DNA from: Eledone cirrhosa
Taxonomy: Eukaryota
Direction of reading: 5' to 3'
NCBI GenBank assembly: GCA_964016885.1
Contig: OZ024744.1
Span: 35,526,001-35,590,000, forward strand
Length of the DNA: 64,000 bases
In this document: positions 50,546 to 64,000 of the stretch, piece by piece
Layout of the letters: every line of letters starts with the position of its first letter
Numbering within the stretch: position 1 is the first letter of the stretch
Notes under the pieces: generated by a model
What the model saw: only the letters and a program-made list of their open reading frames with translations
The model's database searches: none
Told to the model about the DNA's origin: nothing
Translations under genes and position numbers: made by a program

Positions 50546-50886
50546 CACGTATACCAGGTCCTAATACAGAGGAATCGGACTCCCACTGTCATCGCCCCCC
50601 CCCCTCTCTCTCTCTCACGTATACCAGGTCCTAATACAGAGGAGCTGGACTCCCACTGTCATCGCCTCCCCCTATCTCTCCCTCTCTCCCTCTCTCACGT
50701 ACACCAGGTCCTAATACAGAGGAATCGGACTCCCACTATCATCGCCCCCCCTCTCTCTCTCTCACGTATACCAGGTCCTAATACAGAGGAGCTGGACTCC
50801 CACTGTCATCGCCTCCCCCTAGCTCTTCCTCTCTCACGTACACCAGGTCCTAATACAGAGGAATCGGACTCCCACTGTCATCGCCA
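50546..50886. repeat. Five ~51-bp repeats separated by variable C/CT tracts
   Basis: cacgta(t/c)accaggtcctaatacagagga(atc/gct)ggactcccactgtcatcgcc at about 50546, 50616, 50696, 50763, 50835. Confidence 0.9.
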
Positions 50887-51638
50887 TCTCTCTTGCCCTC
50901 TTCATCTCTCACTTTTATGGGGAAATAGGGCCCCATGTGCTGGCTGCCATGTCATGAAGCATATTTTCCGACGCTCTACCACATAGCATATATAATAATT
51001 ATCATTTTACATTGTTTACCTCAATCCCATTGTGTAGCATTTTGGGGCAAGTGTCATCATTGTCTTGGGTTGACCCAAGCTTTGAATGAAATTAGGTAAC
51101 TGTTTGGTGCCCTGCTGGGTGGACTGTACATGTAATTCAAAGAGGAAGCCATGTCCTTCTCTTATGCTGAACCTCCTTGGAAATTACGTAAATGGTGCAT
51201 GTATCTGCAGAAAGCTCAACCACTTACCTGTTAATTTCATGAGCAGGCTGTTCCTATGATCAAGCAAAAGGAACACTCACTGCTGAGTCAGAGTTAACAT
51301 AAAGCTAAACAACAACACTGTCCACTACAAAACTACAACAGAGCTTTTCCATTATTGCTCAATACACAAGAATTAGCAGTCAAACTTCTTTAAAAAATCA
51401 TATAATCATCATAACAAAAAAGAAAGAGACATTGAATTATGTAGTCCAAGATAGACTATGTTTAGAAACTGGTTGAATGTTCCATCTGGAATGGCTTTAA
51501 CACCATAGGTCTGTTGAATCATCAGAACAATGATCCATGTCAATTTTATTTTCTATCTGAATACCCGAAACTCTTGAGTTATGTCAAATGTTCTCATAAT
51601 AAAATATTTCATTATCCTCCTCCTCCTCCTCCTTCTTC

Positions 51639-51676
<38 letters not shown>

Positions 51677-52094
51677 CTTCTTCTTCTTCTTCTAATGCCT
51701 GCATTTCTATGCTGACTTGGGTTGGATAAGTTGTCACTGGCCAAGTCTGTACTTAATCCAAATTAATGTCCTCCCAGATAGGCCAGGTGCCATGTCTCAT
51801 ATATGCTTCAGTTTTTGCATCGATCCTCTTCCTAACACCGACCACTTGACTGTGTATGTACTAGGTGCATTTTACTGTGGTCCTAGCATTAGAACATCAC
51901 CATGTCCATGATGTGACTGAAGAGTCTTCTTAACCCTTTTTTTAGCATTGTTTCTACAGCTGGGTACCTTTTCTATCCTCAGCCACTTTCCAGAATGTAC
52001 TGGCTGCATCTTATTTTTTTTTTTTTATTTATTTTTTTTTTTTCAAACACTTTAGTCTTTATTGTGTTGTATCAGATGAAAGAATGTTATTTAA

Positions 52095-52260
52095 CTAATG
52101 TATTGGTACGCGATGGGGCCTGCCCACAGCCCCGGCAGACAGAATGGAGAAGGCGTTTCCCCGGAGGACGGCAAGGGAGACACGCTGGAAAAGCCACTCC
52201 AACTCGCGGGGCTCCCACCTGCGGCTGGCCAGCTCAGAGCCTATGGTGGTGAGTAACCAC
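52095..52260 (-). mobile_element. CRE-like non-LTR 3' fragment
   Basis: ELASRRWEPRELEWLFQRVSLAVLRGNAFSILSAG. Confidence 0.55.
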
Positions 52261-52264
52261 CATA

Positions 52265-52336
52265 GGGAGGCACAGGTGGGTATTCGATACATGTTTTGCT
52301 AATAAAACCTGTATTGAATACCCACCTGTGCCTCCC
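52265..52336. repeat. Hairpin, about 33-bp arms
   Basis: gggaggcacaggtgggtattcgataca.gtttt / aaaac.tgtattgaatacccacctgtgcctccc. Confidence 0.85.
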
Positions 52337-53480
52337 TCCAAACATTATAAAGATGGGTGTTTAAGTATACACTCTTATATATGTCACAATAGTAAATAAG
52401 TTGTATCTTCATTTTACATGCAATATTTACCATACACCAGGGCGTTGGATTGGCAGTATCGGTAGAGCATTGGACAACATGCTTTATGGCATATGGTTAC
52501 GTCCCTTTACGATCTGAGTTCAAATCTTGCCGAGGTTAACTTTGCCTTTCATCCTTGCAGTGTCGATGAAATAAAGTACCAGTAATGCTCTGGGTTGATT
52601 TAATTGACTTTCCCCTCTCCCCAAATTGCTGGCCTTATGCCTAAAGTAGAAACTAATATTTACAATACACCACATATTTTGGAGTGATGTTTTGTAGGTC
52701 TAATAGTTAAGTTGCATGCTAGTATTTCACATGATATATATGTGGGAAAAGTGTGACTTGTACACAAGTATTTCAATGTATAAAGCATATATTACTTCAT
52801 GATCTCAAGCTGGTATCCTGCAATTTGAACGTAGTGTTTCTTCAGCAAAATGTTAATGAGTTGTACACAGTGTACACAGTCATTTTCATTATAACTAAAA
52901 AGTCCACTAAAGATTTCTGTACACAAATTTGTGGATCCTAGCATGAAACCATGGTATGGAAGTAGCTATATGTTCTCTCTTTCTCTGTATATCTATTATA
53001 TATGCCTCACCTAACTGTCACCACTTCTGTCATTACTACCACTGTCATTGTCACTGCCACCACCATCACCACTACTGATGCTACCACCTCCACAATCACC
53101 ACCACTGCTCCCACTATCACAACCACCACCGCTGACTACACTACCACCATCACGAAAAAAAGTATTCAATACATGTTGAATTTATTCGTTTACTTAAAGA
53201 GGGAGTACCCTCCCCTCTCTCTTTGCTAGTTTAAGATATCAACTTCTGTTTTTCACTTAATGTGGGTATATGTGTGAGTGAGTGTGTGTGAGTTTAATAT
53301 TTTAATTGAAGCCCTATCTTCAATTAAAAGCCACATACACACATATATATACATGCACATATACATTATATACATGTGCGCACACACACACATATATATC
53401 TGTATATATACATGTGTAAATACATACATAACATACACATATGCATACATGTATAATACACACACTCATATAGATATATA

Positions 53481-53669
53481 CTAGCAGAATGGCCCGGTGT
53501 TGCTCGGGATTTGCTCTAAGGTTCTTATATATTTGATATATATTTATCCTTATCAAGCCTCGTGAAATAAATACGTTTGTTTATATTTTGTTATTGTGTA
53601 TGCAAAAATATCTGTACACAAATATATAATTATATATCATCATCATCATTTTACGTCCGCTTTTCCCTG

Positions 53670-53719
<50 letters not shown>

Positions 53720-54173
53720 TAACAGATTAAAGTTTAAGCAAAGAATCGCTGTTTTCACTGTTAACGGGATCTTCTGAATCTAAAATAATCAATCTGTGAA
53801 CGCAGAAGTAAATATTTCGAAAAACGTTTCACACTATATATATATATATACACACACTATATATACATATACACACACACATATAGCGTCATAATATTGT
53901 AATGCAGACAGTCAGACATAGACAGATATTATAAGGGCGCAACGTTATATCTATGTAACTATCTCAAAAGAGAAAGACTAAGAGTTATAGAGAGAGATCG
54001 CTAAATCGCCTAATGCGGTCCCTAGGGCATTGAAAATTTGAAATGTTTTTGCTCAAAACACTCACAGGACCATAAGTATTATATGTGTAAAGTTTGAAAA
54101 CAATCAGTTGGGTGGTTCTCGAGTTTTAGTGACCGGACAGACAGACAGACATCCTCTGTTTTATATATATAGA
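53481..54173 (-). mobile_element. Non-autonomous Helitron with nested repeat fragments
   Basis: 5' A|TCTATATATATAAAAC (as in the large Helitron); 3' hairpin CCCGAGCAACACCGGG followed by CTAG|T. Confidence 0.85.
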
Positions 54174-55310
54174 TAATTGTTTCTACTTTTGGCACAAGGC
54201 CAGTAATTTAAAGGGAAGGGGGTGGTTATTAAATCGATCCCCAGTACATTACTGGTACTTTATTTTATCAAGCCTGTAAGTATGAAAGGCAAACCTCGGT
54301 GGGATTTGAACTCAGAATATAAAGAGACGTAACTACATGCTGCAAAACATGGGTCCGACATGCTATAATGGTGGCATCTTGGTTTGGAGGATTGCCATGC
54401 CCTGACCTTTTTCTCATACATGGCTGGCATGAACATAACTTTATAGCCACACCAAGGACTTAGATTCCTTTCTGCATATGTTGCAGTGAAAGAAAAAAGA
54501 AAAGGCCATGCTCATGCAACACACATGAAAGTCATTTCAATCAAGTGATGCCTGTGTTTGAAACTATAGTGACAGGTATCAAAAAAGAAGAACAGGACTA
54601 GATCATTGGTTGCCATTGAGTTGCAGGTTTTACATCACAGTTTTCCTTTCCCTACAATGATGTCTTAACAAGACCTGGGAGTCTCTAACACCAGGTGGGT
54701 TAACTGCATGCTCAGGCAGCAAACTGAGTATTTCCATGTCCCCACATATACATAATACACATACTTGAACATATGTATATATACATGCATGCATACATAC
54801 ACAAATATATATATATATATCATCATCATCATGAACCGTTTTACGTCCGTTCTTCCACGTTAGCATGGGTTAGATGGGTTGTCGTGTTGTAGGCAGTGTC
54901 CAGTTGGCTGACCTTGTTTTGCTCATACAGGAACTGAATCTGGCTTGATTTCTACAGCTGGATGCCCTTCCTAACACCAACCTCATTTACAGTGAGTGCT
55001 GGGTGCTTTTTTGCCATGGCACCTCCACGACCACTTTGCAGTGGAATGATAGGGACTCCGGTCCCTATCATCTCATTTCAGCTGAGTAAACTGGAGCAAT
55101 GTGAAATAAAGTGTCTTGCTCAAGGAAACAACACATCACCCGGTTCAAGAATTGAACTCACAACCTTTCGATTGCAAGCCCAATGCTCTAACCACTAAGC
55201 CGTAGAAACACACAGAAACACTCACACATTCACACACACACACAAACACCCACCCACACACCCACCCACCCAGATATACACATCTATATGTTTATAAATG
55301 TCTGAACTAG

Positions 55311-55362
<52 letters not shown>

Positions 55363-55649
55363 GTTAATGTTCTTTTTTTATTTAATGGTAAAGTTAATAG
55401 ACTTTAAGGCTTCACATTTAAAATTTCTTATTTTTTTATATATAGTTCATCTAATGGAATGTCAACTTAAACTGTTGTAGGGAGGAAGAGAGTTCCTTTA
55501 TTAAAACTCAAGGAGAAGAAACACATATATTATAGAAAGGATCTGGGATTAAACTTAATGGATATGATCCCATAGCGATGTGTGTGTGTAAAAGAGTTAA
55601 GTGTTTTTGCTGTAAATTAAACTGCTGCTGTTACAGTGCCATGCTGCTG

Positions 55650-57372
55650 CTGCCACCACTACCACTACCATCACCATCACCACCACCACTACCATCACCA
55701 TCACCACCACTATCACCACCACCACCACCACTACCACCACCATCACCATCACCACCACCACCACCACCACCACTACCACTACCACCACCACCACCACTGC
55801 CACCACCACCACCAGTGCCACCACAACCACCACCGCTACCACCACTGCCACTACCACCACAACCACCACCACTGCCACTACCACCACAACCACCTCCACC
55901 ACGACCACTACCGCTACCACAATCATCACCACCACCACTACCACAACCACCACCACTACCACTACCACCAACCACCACCACCACCACAACTAGCACCACT
56001 ACCACCACAACCACCACCACAACCACCACCACTACCACTACCACAACCACCACCACTACCACTACCACAACCACCACCACCACTACCACAACCACCAGCA
56101 TTACCACTACCACCACAACCACCACCACCACCACAACCACCACCACTACCACTAACACCACCACTACCACCACAACCACCACCACTACCACTATCACTAC
56201 CACCACTACCACTATCACTACCACAACCACCACCACTACAATCACCACCACCACCACCACCACCACCACAACCAGCACCACTACCACCACAACCACCATC
56301 ACAACCACCACCACTACCACCATCACAACCACCACCACTACCACCACCACCACCACCACCACCACTACCACCACTACCACCACTACCACCACAACCACCA
56401 CCACTACCACTAACACAACCACCACTACCACTACCACAACCACCACCATTACAACCACCACCACCACAACCAGCACCACTACCACCACAACCACCACCAC
56501 CACCACCACCACCACAACTAGCACCACTACCACCACAACCACCACCACAACCACCACCACTACCACTACCACAACCACCACCACTACCACTACCACAACC
56601 ACCACCACCACTACCACAACCACCAGCATTACCACTACCACCACAACCACCACCACCACCACAACCACCACCACTACCACTAACACCACCACTACCACCA
56701 CAACCACCACCACTACCACTATCACTACCACCACTACCACTATCACTACCACAACCACCACCACTACAATCACCACCACCACCACAACCAGCACCACTAC
56801 CACCACAACCACCATCACAACCACCACCACTACCACCATCACAACCACCACCACTACCACCACCAACACCACCACCACTACCACCACTACCACCACTACC
56901 ACCACAACCACCACCACTACCACTACCACAACCACCACTACCACTACCACAACCACCACCACTACAACCACCACCACCACAACCAGCACCACTACCACCA
57001 CAACCACCACCACTACCACCACAACCACCACCACTACCATCACCACTACCACAACCACAACCACCACCAACACCACCACCACTACCACCACAACCACTAC
57101 CACAACCACCACCACTACCACTACCACAACCACCACCACTACAACCACCACCACCACCACCACCACAACCAGCACCACTACCACCACAACCACCACCACA
57201 ACCACCACCACTACCACCACCACTACCAACACCACCACCACTACCACCACAACCACTACCACAACCACCACCACTACAACCACCACCACCACTATTACTA
57301 CTATAATGTTCCTATACCACCACCAAAATTACAATACACTATATTACCACTACTGCTACTACTACTACTGTT
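55650..57372. repeat. Cryptic (CCA/CTA/CAA)n trinucleotide array, about 1.7 kb
   Basis: Direct reading; yields low-complexity poly-T/P/V ORFs in several frames. Confidence 0.95.
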
Positions 57373-58150
57373 AGTACAGCTACTGTGCAGTGATGATAGT
57401 TGATAGTGAAAACAAACAAAAAACTATAAATAGAACAAAGCAACAACAAACATCAACAGCAACAACAACAATGTCAAAGATAAGTCTCATGGCAACAGTG
57501 AGACTGTGATTGATTTTATATGTTGTCTCCGCTATGTAATGTAGAGAACATACTAGTGTAATGCCGTGGAATTAAGGGATAGCCATCATCACAATCATAG
57601 CCATCACCATCACATAAACCACCACCACCACCACCACCACCACCACCACAATCATATCCATCATCATCTTAACCATCATCATTTGGATTGGCAGTATCGG
57701 TAGAGGGGTCGGATAGAGTTACAGCCCTTGCCCTTCTGAGTTCAAATCCCGCCGAAGTTAACTTTGCCTTTCATCCTTACGGGGTCAATAAAATAAAGTA
57801 CCAGTAATGCACTGGGTAGGTAATTACTGGCCTTGTGCCAAAAGTAGAAACAATTATCACATAAACCACCAACACCAGCTCGACAATCATAACCATCACC
57901 ATCATAACCATCACCATCATAACCATCATCATCATAACCATCATCATTATCACATAAACCACCAACACCACCACCACCACATTCAGAACCATAATCATCA
58001 TAATTATCATCATCATCACTAACATCATCATCATCACTAACATCACCACCACCACCACCACCACCACCATCATCACCATCATCATCATTCTCATAATCAC
58101 CAATATCACCACCACCACCATCATGGTCATCATTCCCATAATCACTTTAT

Positions 58151-58187
<37 letters not shown>

Positions 58188-58390
58188 CCGCACGGTTAGC
58201 CCACCAGAAGTGAGAGACTCTTAGTTTTAGAGGAAGGAAATCTCTGATGTAAAACCTGAAACTCGATGGTCGCCAATGATGTTGACCTGTTCTTCATTGT
58301 TTATACCTGTCACTGTTCAGAGAATGGGATTTCTCCAGTGCAAAGCTTTTCTTTATTTAAAAAAAGCTTGAAGCAGAGGCATCACTTGAT

Positions 58391-58821
58391 TTAACCCTTT
58401 AGTGTTCAAACCGGCCAAAACTGGCCAGAATTCTCTACCTCTTGTTGAAACTGGTTGTAACTGGTCGCTCAAACTGATGTTAAGGTATTGTTCTCAAAAT
58501 AAATACTTTCAAAATCTCATAGATTCGATATTATCTGAGATAATTATGCGAGGTAAAGCCTTTACCATGAAAATATAATTATTTCTACTTTAGGCACAAA
58601 GCCAGCAATTACCCAGTGCATTACTGGTACTTTATTTTATCTACCCCGTAAGGATGAAAGGCAAAGTCAACCTCGGCGGGATTTGAACTCAGATCATAAA
58701 GGGACGTAACTATGCTGGAAAGCATGGCGTCCAACCCTCTACCGATACTGCCAATCCACCGCTCTTTACCATGAAAATATAATAGTATATATATAGAGTA
58801 ATGTGAATGGTAAAGGGTTAA
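58391..58821. mobile_element. piggyBac-like MITE with nested SINE A
   Basis: TTAA|CCCTTTA...TAAAGGG|TTAA; the SINE is flanked by the 20-bp TSD ctttaccatgaaaatataat. Confidence 0.75.
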
Positions 58822-59545
58822 ATGACTTTCATGTGTGTTGCATGAGCACGGCCTTTTCTTTTTTATTTCACTGCAGCATTTGCAGAAAGGAGTCTTAAGT
58901 CCTTGGCAGGACTAAAAAGTCATTTTCGTGACACCCATGTATGAGAAAAAGGTCAAGGGATGGCAATTCTCGAAACTGAGAGGCAGCCATTGGCAGTATC
59001 GGTAGAGGGTTGGATGCCATGCTTTCTAGCATAGTTACATCCCTTTACGGTCTGAGTTCAAATTCTGCCAAGGTTAACTTTGCCTTTCATCCTTACGGGG
59101 TCGATAAAATAAAGTACCAGTAATGTACTGGGTAATTGCTGGCCTTGTGCCTAAAGTAGAAACAATTATATATTTATGAACTTCCTACACCATAAATGCT
59201 CCTATCAACAGTAATCCAAGCGATGGCGAAATGAATAGACCTGCTTTTTCTCGAATATTTTTTTGTTTCCACCTCTTCTCACTCTTCTCTATCTTCTTTA
59301 ACTTCTCATTATATTTTCTGATGAAGGGTGGTGGATTGGCAGTATTGGTAGAGGGTCGGACGCCATGCTTTGCACCATAGAGTTACGGCCCTTTGTGATC
59401 TGAATTCAAATCCCACCGAGATTAACTTTGCCTTTTATACTTACGGGGTCGATAAAATAACGTACCTGTCATGCACTGGGGTCAATTTAATCGAATTTCC
59501 CCTCCCCCAAAATTGTTGGCGATGTTCCTATATAAGAAACATTAT

Positions 59546-59585
59546 ATTTTCTGATGAAGGACTTGCATCTGAAACGTTAAGACTT
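59546..59585 (+). ncRNA. Degenerate minimal hammerhead (family F)
   Basis: TTTT-CTGATGA-AGG-ACTTGCA-TCT-GAAACGTT-AAGA; weak stems; homolog on the - strand at about 61543-61581. Confidence 0.45.
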
Positions 59586-60101
59586 ATCCTACTATATTTA
59601 TGTGTGAATCTAATATATATATTCATTGTACTTCATCATCCGTTGTAATTTTTTCCATTTTCTTTTCGCATACATATGTGTGTGTGTTTGTATGTATATA
59701 TATATATACACATATATATATATGCAAATACACAGAAGCGTTAGCACACACATATATATATATACACGACAAGTACTTTTCAAGTTTATTTAAAGAGTTT
59801 TAGTTGCTATAATTTGTACTTCTGTCAATGAAATGTTGTAACAAATTTAATTTAGATCTAGTATTGAGTAAACACTATCCATAATATTACAGTGGAAAAA
59901 AAATCTGCTTACTAACCATGACATGGTACTATGTCACCTGAGCTTCCAACGATTCCTGCTGATGGAATTACACATGGCCTGTCACTTATTGATTTGTCAT
60001 TTGCACCCACTTTCATTGACATCAAAGCACCGTGGTGGCTATTTGAAGGGATTATTACCAATATATGCATGTGATTCATGAACAAAATTAAGTGAAAGCT
60101 C

Positions 60102-60104
<3 letters not shown>

Positions 60105-60163
<59 letters not shown>
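60105..60163. repeat. (GA)n microsatellite
   Basis: Direct reading. Confidence 0.97.
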
Positions 60164-60165
<2 letters not shown>

Positions 60166-60229
60166 AATTCTTATTAGAAAAATATAAAGATTTAATAAAA
60201 AAAAAAAAACTAAAATATCACCAGCAGCA

Positions 60230-60660
60230 GCAGCAACACTCTTTACTCGATAGCTGTGGCATTGTTTGAATCCCCCAGATATAATCTTCAGAACTGCATG
60301 ATGACTAACATTAATAGCCAAAGAACATCTGAGAAGGAGCTGGCTATTGAGAAAATTAAACTCAATCTTAAAGTGTTCTTCTCATTTGCTGTTTCATTGG
60401 TTGCCCTCATGATTGATAAAAACACCATTCTCCATAATGATGCTAATAACATGGGTGATATTCTGTAGAAACAATACCATTCTGTTTTCATGGATCCTGC
60501 TGTGGTTGATATGGGCAGTTTCAGTGAAGTAAACCCTCAACACACTTTATCTGACATAACTTTTAGCCCCACAGATATCATAGTGACAATAAAAAGAAAT
60601 TAAACTTAACTCAGTAGTGTGCTCTGATATGTTTCCCACTAGTGTCGTGAACAAGTAGGA
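60230..60660 (+). mobile_element. Old CR1/L2-like ORF2 fragment
   Basis: AIEKIKLNLKVFFSFA, resembling IK.NPK.F..Y; degraded. Confidence 0.4.
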
Positions 60661-60949
60661 ACATTAGATTGCATTCTCTAGCAGTAAGAAGGATTAAATC
60701 TGGCGAGTTACAATACCGCCCCTTGTTACAAGGGTGGCTTGGAACAGTGAATGGGGTAGAATGTGAGTGGAGAGAGATGAAAAGGCATCATAGTAGCAGT
60801 GTGTAAAGTTAGATAGACAGGAATATAATGAGTGACCCAAACATAGCTATATTATACATCCCAACCTCCATCATCATGTTATCATTTGATTCACCATGCT
60901 TACATATGTGTATGTGTGGCTTTTCTGACACCATATGTTACCAATCATC

Positions 60950-62560
60950 AAGGTCACTTGTCATCTCCTTTGTATGACCCAGCATCTGGATATCATTGTT
61001 AACCACTATTTCCTATGACTTACTAAGTCTCCACTTCTACAGCTACTATACTCATTAAGCACTAAACACTACTTTATACACCTGTCATCCTCCATAGACA
61101 TTACATTCTTGTACTAGTGCAGATTTCTCTTTTGCATGTCACATCTGGTTTCTCTTCTTATATGCAGCTTTTCTCTCAACTTATTTGTGCTTTGTCATTT
61201 ATGCATGATAACATTATGCCTTACATGTTTGCCTTCTAGTTTTTGCAAAGCATTTGTATTTAAGGCCCAGATTTTCGCTAATATGCCGCCTTGCACTTTG
61301 TACACTAGAATCATAGAATCCACCCCTCATTCTGAGAAAGAAACCGCTTGTTGCTAGCAGAAGTAATAGCTTCTTGAACTTTTTCTACCTAATCCTTATT
61401 CTGGTTACTATGCTTTTGGAATACACACCTTCACTGTGAATTATGTCAATTAAGTAAGTGAAACTGTCAATTAATTACATTGAGCCTTCTGAGTTTTTTA
61501 AGCAATTTATTTCACTGGTTTAATGCATAACATTGTAGGAAAAGACTTAATGTTTCAGATACTAGTACTTCATCAGGAAATATAATAAGAAATTAAAGAA
61601 GTAGAAAGACAGAGGAGAATGAGGCGGGATAGAAAGAGGGGGAAAAAATCGAAAAAAAGCAGGTCTGTTCATTTCACCATGAACTTCTGCCAGATAAGAA
61701 GTATTAATCCTTTTGTAATCCCATTACATTTCTTATGCATCATACAGAATTTTTACCATCTCCTTTTCTGCTTATTGAGCATGGCCATTACTCTGATTGT
61801 GACAGGTTTCTTTCTTCTTTCTTACTTTCTAAAACATTAGTCTTAGCTTAGATTACTAGGAGGCCTCCCAGTTCTAAGTTTTATTTCTAGCTCTGGAATT
61901 TATTCTCTAAATAGTTAAAACATTCAGCTACAAGAACTAGAAGTTACTATAGACAGCTTGTCTTAAACATTTCTGTTATGGCCTGGAGGACTAATAATAA
62001 ACTGTATGGGGGATGGGCTGGGTGCCAAAGACTGTGACCTGATGGAGCTTGAATGTTCCCACTAGCTTTTCACCTACACCTAGTTTCCTTAGAAATCACC
62101 AAATTACAGAAAGTGGAATCCAATGAAAAGCCTTCACCAGGTCAATGAATGCTAGTTATAGGGGGCTTACTTCTAGCTAAATACTTCTGCAATTTTTTCA
62201 GTACATTAGTAGTATCACTTTCTGGCATAAAGTCAAACTGCTTTTAATATAGGCTAATTCTATTGTTAATCAATTATGCTATAACTCTTTCAGTAACTTT
62301 CATAACCTCTTTCAACAATTTCATGCCTCTTGCCTTTATAATTGGCTCTCTCTAGTGCATCACCTTTGCTCCATGTAACAGTTGACTATGATAGTGCTAC
62401 ATAACTGATTATCTATGACACCTTCTGTACTACCTAGTGACATTATGTGAGTGACAATCATGTGTCCTACTTCAGATATTTTAAGTATCTTAGCAACTAC
62501 TACTGATGGACCAGCTGCCTTCCCTACCTTCATATTCTTTATTGTACTTGCAATCATACT
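60950..62560 (-). mobile_element. Old RTE LINE remnants with a nested family-F fragment (about 61500-61730)
   Basis: IKNMKVGKAAGPSVVVAKILK...IIVNCY. Confidence 0.6.
61543..61581 (-). ncRNA. Degenerate minimal hammerhead (family F, copy 2)
   Basis: TTTC-CTGATGA-AGTACTAGTATCT-GAAACATT-AAGTC; flanks homologous to 59230-59600. Confidence 0.4.
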
Positions 62561-63176
62561 GTTGCCAAATATATATATATATATATATATCTATTAGACC
62601 TGAGATGAGGTGATAAAAGCTAAACTTGCCCAATTATACCTCTCAAAGGCAATGACACAGGATCGAGTCTTCTGGCGTTACACAGTAATACAGAAGACCC
62701 GACTTCCCACGGGTATAAGCCGAAGTGGAAGCATATAGACAGTATGCCCCACCCCCTCCCACTGTAAAGTGGTCATGTAGGTGTCACAACAAAAAAGCAC
62801 CCAGTCCACACTGTAAAGTGGTCATGTAGGCGCCATGGTAAAAAGCACCCAGTACTCACTGTAAATGAGGTTGGTGTTAGGAAGGGCATCCACCTGTAGA
62901 TATCCAGATAAAATCAGTTCTGTATGAGCAAGACATGGTCACATGACCTGGCATTGCCCACAACAGGACAACTCGTCTAAAGACAGCATGGAAAAATGGA
63001 TGTAAAACGCTGATGATGATGATGATGATGATGACATATATATTAATATAGGTGTGTATATATATGTATATATGTATGTGTATGTTTATATATATATATA
63101 AACACACACATATGTCCCAAGGCTCTGATACCATCAACACCATAAACACAGAGCTGGCTTATCTAAGAACTGACTA

Positions 63177-63232
63177 ACTGCCTGATGAGGTCATAGCCAT
63201 TCAATGGCTATCATCGAAATATATATAGCAGT
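63177..63232 (+). ncRNA. Type I hammerhead ribozyme (family E, copy 2)
   Basis: Identical to 48672-48727. Confidence 0.85.
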
Positions 63233-63502
63233 AAATAAAGGATTATGAGTTCATATATATATATATGTATATATGTGTATGTGTATATATATATATATAT
63301 GTGTGTATATATATATGTATGTGTGTGTATATATATATGTATGTGTATATATATATGTATGTGTATATATATATATATGTTGTGTATATATATGTATGTG
63401 TATATATATATATATGTATGTATGTGTGTGTATATATGTATGTGTATATATGTATGTATGTGTCTATATATATATATGTGTATATATGTATGTATGTGTC
63501 TA

Positions 63503-63535
<33 letters not shown>

Positions 63536-63862
63536 TCATCATCATTTTTTCGTCCGCTTTTCCCTGCTTGCAAGGGTGGGACGGGACTTATTCTGGCTTG
63601 ATTTCTACAGCTGGATGCCCTTCCTAACACCAACCTCATTTACAGTGAGTACTGGGTGCTTTTTTGTCGTGGCAGCTCCATGACCACTTTACAGTGGAAT
63701 GATAGGGACCCCAGTCCCTATCATCTCATTTCTACAGCTGAGTAAACTGGAGCAATGTGAAATAAAGTGTCTTGCTCAAGGAAACAACACATCGCCCGGT
63801 GTGAGAACTCACAACCTTTCGATTGCAAGGCCAATGCTCTAACCACTAAGCCATGTGCCTCC

Positions 63863-63961
<99 letters not shown>

Positions 63962-64000
63962 ATATTATATATATATATATATTATATATATATATATATA
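63863..64000. repeat. (TA)n microsatellite
   Basis: Direct reading. Confidence 0.97.

Noticed and set aside
50546-50886. CRISPR-like repeat-spacer array
   Set aside because: The spacers are only C/CT runs, not captured sequence.
55446-55580. Possible downstream host exon after an AG acceptor
   Set aside because: Stops appear within a few codons in the required phase; unsupported.
55578-57374. 598-aa mucin-like poly-Thr/Pro ORF
   Set aside because: Trinucleotide array open in several frames on both strands; no splice signals or complex flanking coding sequence.

Overview
AT-rich, microsatellite-laden eukaryotic DNA, almost all intronic. The repeat content suggests a mollusc, possibly an octopus (inference only). 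One + strand host gene crosses the window: three clear GT-AG exons (22590-22701, 28603-28719, 31889-32335, the last encoding a farnesoic-acid-O-methyltransferase-like domain) and two candidate microexons (40410-40430, 50324-50337) that keep the reading phase. The rest is transposon-derived: a decayed near full-length Helitron, a non-autonomous Helitron, L1/Tx1, CR1, several RTE LINEs, CRE-like fragments, a Penelope-type GIY-YIG remnant, two SINE families, MITEs and tandem repeats. The most notable signal lies at about 36.6-48.8 kb, where at least five sequence-unrelated fold-back (palindromic) elements are flanked by (TA)n. Each carries a type I hammerhead ribozyme motif (C[U/C]GAUGA-stem II-GAAA-stem III-UH; one arm has a G5A core change) in both arms, always pointing outward. 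Further non-palindromic hammerheads occur at 48.7, 59.5, 61.5 and 63.2 kb. All structures were folded by eye, and repeat boundaries are approximate.
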